In this document: piece by piece, positions 59,733-64,000 of the stretch
How positions within the stretch are numbered: position 1 is the stretch's first letter
Layout: each line of letters begins with the position of its first letter
Assembly: GCA_965205015.1 (NCBI GenBank)
Contig: OZ242029.1
Location: forward strand, 2,208,001-2,272,000
Source: Candidatus Poribacteria bacterium
GTDB taxonomy: Bacteria; Poribacteria; WGA-4E; WGA-3G
Length of the DNA stretch: 64,000 nucleotides
Direction of reading: 5' to 3'
Translations under genes and position numbers: made by a program
The notes under the pieces: model-generated
Databases searched by the model: none
The model's input: the letters and a program-made list of their open reading frames with translations, nothing else
Told to the model about the DNA's origin: nothing

Positions 59733-61549
59733 TTTCCATGACACAAATCACAGGTCTTGCACTGGTAACTTTCGTCAACAGGTTCACCAAAATAGTCTCG
59801 AATCACGCGCATTCGGCAGGTCGTCTCTAACGCATAAACGACCATGTGATCGAGTTGACGCTGTTTGTGGCGGACGTAATCGCCCGCCTCAATCTGCTCA
59901 TCCGTCAGTGTGCTGAGCATTTGGCTGTCCTCAAGGAGTTCAATCAGGAGCAAGTCTTCCTGTCCCCAATACTGAATATAGCCGTCGCTTTGCAATTCGG
60001 CGAGGTCTTCTATGATCACCTTTGGGTTTTGTCCGATGGCTTCACAGAGTTCCAAAATCGTTTTTGATTTTCCACCCCGCAATTGGCGAAGTAATTCACG
60101 CTGGGTTGCCTCCGTTGGTTCTCCTTTTTCAATCCAAGATCCGCGAAATCTCACAGAAAGTTGGGACGGCACGTTATACCATCGCTTCAAAAACCCAAGT
60201 TTTTCAAGATAACTGAGGCAGACATGGACTTTTGTCCCTTTAGCACCGCTCATCCACTCCAATTCATCGTTGGAAATTGTGCGATACCTTTCGCTTCCCT
60301 TGAAATTTTCAACGACCTTTAAGAGTTTAAGCAAAAACTGCTTATCGGGTGCATTTTCTTTGATAAACCACTCGTGTAACCCGCGGTCATCGTTACAAAA
60401 AAGTAGGATACATAGTGAATCCTCATCATCTCTACCCGCCCTACCGACCTCTTGGCAGTACTCTTCAAGCGTACCCGTAAGCGTCCAATGCACGATGTAT
60501 CGGATATCGGGTTTGTCTATACCCATACCGAAGGCGTTTGTGGCAACAACAATATCCAAGCCGTTTTCACTATTGTCGAAAAAGGCTTCTTGCACGCGTG
60601 TGCGTTCATGGGGTTCAAGTCCAGCGTGATAGAAATCTGCTCGGAATCCGCGCCTTTGAAGAAAGTCGGCGATCTCTTCAGTATCTCGCCGCCGTCCCGC
60701 ATAGATGATCCCATTTTTCGGTGAGGTCTTCAGATGTCCCAGACGGACGGGTAGGAGATTTGGGGCTTGGTCGGTGAGAAACCTTTCGAGGTGTTGATAC
60801 TTTTCATCGTCATCTTCACTCTGTTGGACGATCAATTTCAGGTTGGGACGCTCGATCCCTTGTGTAAGGATACGAGGGGTCGGTATGTTTAGCACAGTGA
60901 GGATATCTTCTTGAATCTCTGGTGGTGCCGTTGCAGTGAAAAGTGCGATCACACGCGGTTGGAGGACGTCAACTGTATCTTTGAGCGATAGATAGGCAGG
61001 ACGAAAATCACGTCCCCATTGCGAGATACAGTGTGCCTCATCGATGACGAATAGCGAAATAGGGAACGCATTCAAGATGTCCAAGAACCGTCGGCTCCGA
61101 AGACGTTCTGGTGAGATATAGAGGAGTTTTATTTCGTTCCGTCTCAGACGCGCCAATTCGCTCTGGTATTCTTCCCATGTCTGTGTGCTGTTTATGAGCG
61201 CAACCGAATGAATCCCTTGTTCTCGCAAGGCATCGACCTGGTCCTTCATCAATGAAATGAGGGGTGAAATCACGATCGTTATGCCGTCGAGCATCAGGGC
61301 AGGAAGTTGATAGCACAACGACTTTCCGTGTCCCGTTGGGAATACGGCGAATACGTTTTCGCCGTCTAAAATTGCCTCGACAATCTCGCGTTGCCCTTTA
61401 CGGAAGGAGGTATAACCGAAGTAGGTATTAAGTGCTCCCAAAAGGGGATCTGTTGGCGGGTCGCAATCCTGTGTCGGAACCCCTGACGCATCGGGTTCCG
61501 CATCAAGGATAGCATCTACCTCTTTAAGCAAGTCTCGCAAGTTAGACAT
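59681..61549 (-). CDS. recQ: RecQ family ATP-dependent DNA helicase, no evident HRDC domain
   Basis: PTGHGKSLCYQLPA, DEAHCISQWG.DFRP, ATNAFGMGIDK, QEVGRAGRD, CR...YFGE...C.TCDLC. Confidence 0.93.
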   Translation of the reverse strand: MSNLRDLLKEVDAILDAEPDASGVPTQDCDPPTDPLLGALNTYFGYTSFRKGQREIVEAILDGENVFAVFPTGHGKSLCYQLPALMLDGITIVISPLISLMKDQVDALREQGIHSVALINSTQTWEEYQSELARLRRNEIKLLYISPERLRSRRFLDILNAFPISLFVIDEAHCISQWGRDFRPAYLSLKDTVDVLQPRVIALFTATAPPEIQEDILTVLNIPTPRILTQGIERPNLKLIVQQSEDDDEKYQHLERFLTDQAPNLLPVRLGHLKTSPKNGIIYAGRRRDTEEIADFLQRRGFRADFYHAGLEPHERTRVQEAFFDNSENGLDIVVATNAFGMGIDKPDIRYIVHWTLTGTLEEYCQEVGRAGRDDEDSLCILLFCNDDRGLHEWFIKENAPDKQFLLKLLKVVENFKGSERYRTISNDELEWMSGAKGTKVHVCLSYLEKLGFLKRWYNVPSQLSVRFRGSWIEKGEPTEATQRELLRQLRGGKSKTILELCEAIGQNPKVIIEDLAELQSDGYIQYWGQEDLLLIELLEDSQMLSTLTDEQIEAGDYVRHKQRQLDHMVVYALETTCRMRVIRDYFGEPVDESYQCKTCDLCHGNSRQPSAISHQQRGNLC

Positions 61550-61657
61550 ATTTTGTTAAGGGGTGTCGGTGGGTGTTGTCGACGCGGGACCTTTTTTGAG
61601 AAGGTTCAACCGTCGTCGACGGTGACTGAAAACCGTTAACCGAAGACCACTAACCAA

Positions 61658-62470
61658 TCACGAAAAGAATCGGAAGCGTAGGATGTGAAAAATTGCGGCG
61701 ACACCATCTTTCCAACTCACCGTCTTTCCTTCGTGATAGTCTCTGCCGCGGTAGGAGATAGGCACCTCAACGATTTTGCACTTTCGTCTGGCAAGTTTCG
61801 CCGTAATTTCAGGCTCAAAACCGAACCTATCGGAGTAAAGCGAAATCTCCCTTAGAATCGATGTCCGGATTACCTTATAGCAGGTCTCCATATCGGTAAG
61901 TCTTGTGCCGTTGACGATGTTCGCAAGGGTCGTCAGAAATTGATTTGCGAGGTAGCTTCGCAACAACCCGGTTTGTCTCCCCTCCATAAACCGAGAGCCG
62001 TAGACAACATCGGCTTCTCCAGTTAGGATAGGTTGCAACAATTTCGGATAATCTTTGGGATCATACTCCAAGTCAGCATCTTGGATGAGGGTAATTTCAC
62101 CCGTGATGTGCTGGAATCCCGTACGGAGTGTTGCTCCTTTTCCCTTATTCACCTCGTGGTAAAAGACTTTTGCGGAGATCTTGGAGGTATTTTCTGTAGA
62201 ACTTTTGGATTTCGGAACTTCGCTATCAGAAGCAGCGTTTTCGCGTGGAGGTGTCTGGGGTGTTGAGATATACTGGTGTATCCCGTCTGAATCCTCTTGA
62301 ATGGCTTCAATTTCCTTTAAAATATCGCGTGTGCCATCTGTTGAAAAATCATCAACGAGAATCAACTCTTTTTTCATACCGATTTCAACGCTGACGACCT
62401 GTTGCAGCAACTCCTTGAGGCTTGCAACCTCGTTATAAATCGGAATCACAATGGATAGCGTAGGCTCCAT
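61658..62470 (-). CDS. Glycosyltransferase family 2 (DPM1-like)
   Basis: SIVIPIYNE, VDDFSTDGT, N.GKG, QDADLEYDP, DMETCYK, FGFEPE. Confidence 0.93.
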   Translation of the reverse strand: MEPTLSIVIPIYNEVASLKELLQQVVSVEIGMKKELILVDDFSTDGTRDILKEIEAIQEDSDGIHQYISTPQTPPRENAASDSEVPKSKSSTENTSKISAKVFYHEVNKGKGATLRTGFQHITGEITLIQDADLEYDPKDYPKLLQPILTGEADVVYGSRFMEGRQTGLLRSYLANQFLTTLANIVNGTRLTDMETCYKVIRTSILREISLYSDRFGFEPEITAKLARRKCKIVEVPISYRGRDYHEGKTVSWKDGVAAIFHILRFRFFS

Positions 62471-62619
62471 CTGGATGCCCCCAATGTTTTCCCTCTATAA
62501 ATATATCATCCCTACGGGACGAAAGAGGATTGGAAATCTGGTTACGGCACACGGTGTGTACCTCCTATTTTAGTATGATACCCAATCTTTCCTTTTTATG
62601 CAAGTCTAAAAATCGAATC

Positions 62620-63999
62620 CTATGCATACGATAGCCGCTCAACCCTTCTCTCCAAAGGCTCCATCGTCTCAAGAACACGACCCATAAGATACATCCGATC
62701 TGCAGCATAGACGGCATTTTCCCACTGATTGACCCGTTCATCCGGATCCTTCTCCAAATCATAGAGTTCACCGTAATCATGTCCACAATACCAAGTGAGT
62801 TTCCGTGTGTCGGTTACGATCGTTTTGAGTCGCAAGCCGCTTGGATCGTCTACACACTCAACCAACACCGAATCTCGGATGGATGCCGTCTCACCCGTAA
62901 GCATCGGTATCGCATCCACACCATCCGTATCCGATGGGATCGGCATACCGATTGTGGAGAGGACCGTCGGGACAATATCGACGTGGCTAAAAAGTGCTTG
63001 GGTACGCTGTCCAGCGGGAATCATTGCGGGAAATCGCAGCAACGTCGGCACGCGAACCAATTGCTCGTAATGGAAGGGTCCCTTCATCCAGAGACCGTGA
63101 TCACCGAGGAGTTCACCGTGATCCGTCGTGAAGATCACTAACGTGTTCTCCGCGAATCCATACGTATCCAAACACTCCAGAATCCGTCCCATCTGCTGAT
63201 CGATGATATTCACCATATTGTAGTAGTATGCCCTACCCAGTCGTGCGTCGACTTCGGAGACTTGGCGATAATCTGCACCGCCGCCCTGTCCAGCGATGGC
63301 AAACGTGCCACGGATCTCCGACTTTTCAAGTTGACCCTGTCGCGCCTCTAAAAAGTGGGGCGGCTTGTCGTCCAACTCACCTTCGACAAAGTCTGGCAGT
63401 GGGACTCGCGCGGGATCAACGCGCGCCTTGAATTCAGTTGGAACACAGTGCGGATGATGCGGATCTTGGAAGCCGACCGCCAATAGGAACGGCTGAGAGG
63501 TGTCTCGGTTCGATAGGAAATCTATTGTCCGATCCGCTGTCCAGACACTATTATGGTATTTCAGGGGTATATCCCAATCGTACGCTTCGCCACCGAAGCC
63601 CCTTTCACTCAGGCGTGTCGCTTTGCTGTAACTCGCGAACGTTTCCTCAGAAACGCACGAACGCACCCACTCACCGTAATGTCCCGCAACGCCATACGTC
63701 GCATGACCGAGTGCTAATTCCACTGTTTCAAATCCGTAGTAGGGACCCCGGAAATCCGGGTAGCGCGTCGTATCGCTGCGGGTTTCAACTGATTGTTCCG
63801 CAGATGCGCCAAAAGGTTGGAAGTGTGCTTTGCCGATATAATGTGTGCGATAACCGACTTCAGCAAGTCGGGGGGACAACAGGGTTTCGTCTTCGGGGAC
63901 ATTCATGCCAACATTCCACGCCCCGTGACGACTCACATATCGTCCCGAAAAAATTGAGGCGCGGGCGGGTGTACAGACTGGATTCGCACAATATGCCCG
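62620..63999 (-). CDS. Sulfatase, 5' end outside window
   Basis: Frame open to the window edge and reads RAYCANPVCTPARASIFSG (CxPxR); DPHHP, TTDHGELLGDHG. Confidence 0.92.
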   Translation of the reverse strand, partial: RAYCANPVCTPARASIFSGRYVSRHGAWNVGMNVPEDETLLSPRLAEVGYRTHYIGKAHFQPFGASAEQSVETRSDTTRYPDFRGPYYGFETVELALGHATYGVAGHYGEWVRSCVSEETFASYSKATRLSERGFGGEAYDWDIPLKYHNSVWTADRTIDFLSNRDTSQPFLLAVGFQDPHHPHCVPTEFKARVDPARVPLPDFVEGELDDKPPHFLEARQGQLEKSEIRGTFAIAGQGGGADYRQVSEVDARLGRAYYYNMVNIIDQQMGRILECLDTYGFAENTLVIFTTDHGELLGDHGLWMKGPFHYEQLVRVPTLLRFPAMIPAGQRTQALFSHVDIVPTVLSTIGMPIPSDTDGVDAIPMLTGETASIRDSVLVECVDDPSGLRLKTIVTDTRKLTWYCGHDYGELYDLEKDPDERVNQWENAVYAADRMYLMGRVLETMEPLERRVERLSYA

Positions 64000-64000
64000 T

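Overview
A 64-kb bacterial chromosomal segment. The combination of WD40-dockerin proteins, secreted proteins ending in an 'AVSPxxKLTTTW(A/G)xLK' tail, several sulfatases, a PhyH dioxygenase and Gfo/Idh/MocA oxidoreductases suggests Candidatus Poribacteria or a relative; this is inferred, not proven. Layout: (1) 1-16 kb, carbohydrate/sulfate catabolism and miscellaneous enzymes; (2) 16-23.5 kb, sppA and three WD40-dockerin paralogues; (3) 23.6-30.7 kb, core genes hslUV, an ArsA/GET3 ATPase, rplM-rpsI, purA, tRNA-Lys and tRNA-Glu; (4) 30.8-40.3 kb, an accessory region after the tRNAs with a duplicated pair of unknown secreted proteins, a truncated FGE-sulfatase gene, an orphan HicB-like gene, a membrane protein plus methyltransferase-nuclease module, and about 900 bp of structured non-coding DNA; (5) 40.3-64 kb, secA, glycosylation genes, a second sppA, a Clp1-type polynucleotide kinase, an MsbA-like ABC exporter, a sigma-70 factor, larC, a MacB-like permease, recQ, a GT2 and a sulfatase. 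No CRISPR array, integrase, transposase or reverse transcriptase was seen. Best candidates for novelty: a sigma-70 with an internally duplicated region 1.2-NCR-region 2; the A/B secreted-protein cassette with its putative C-terminal sorting motif; a repeat family whose ends coincide with stop codons; a kinase/N-glycosidase fusion; a tandem covarying structured leader; and a MITE with a target-site duplication. All product calls come from motif recognition by eye; no searches were run.
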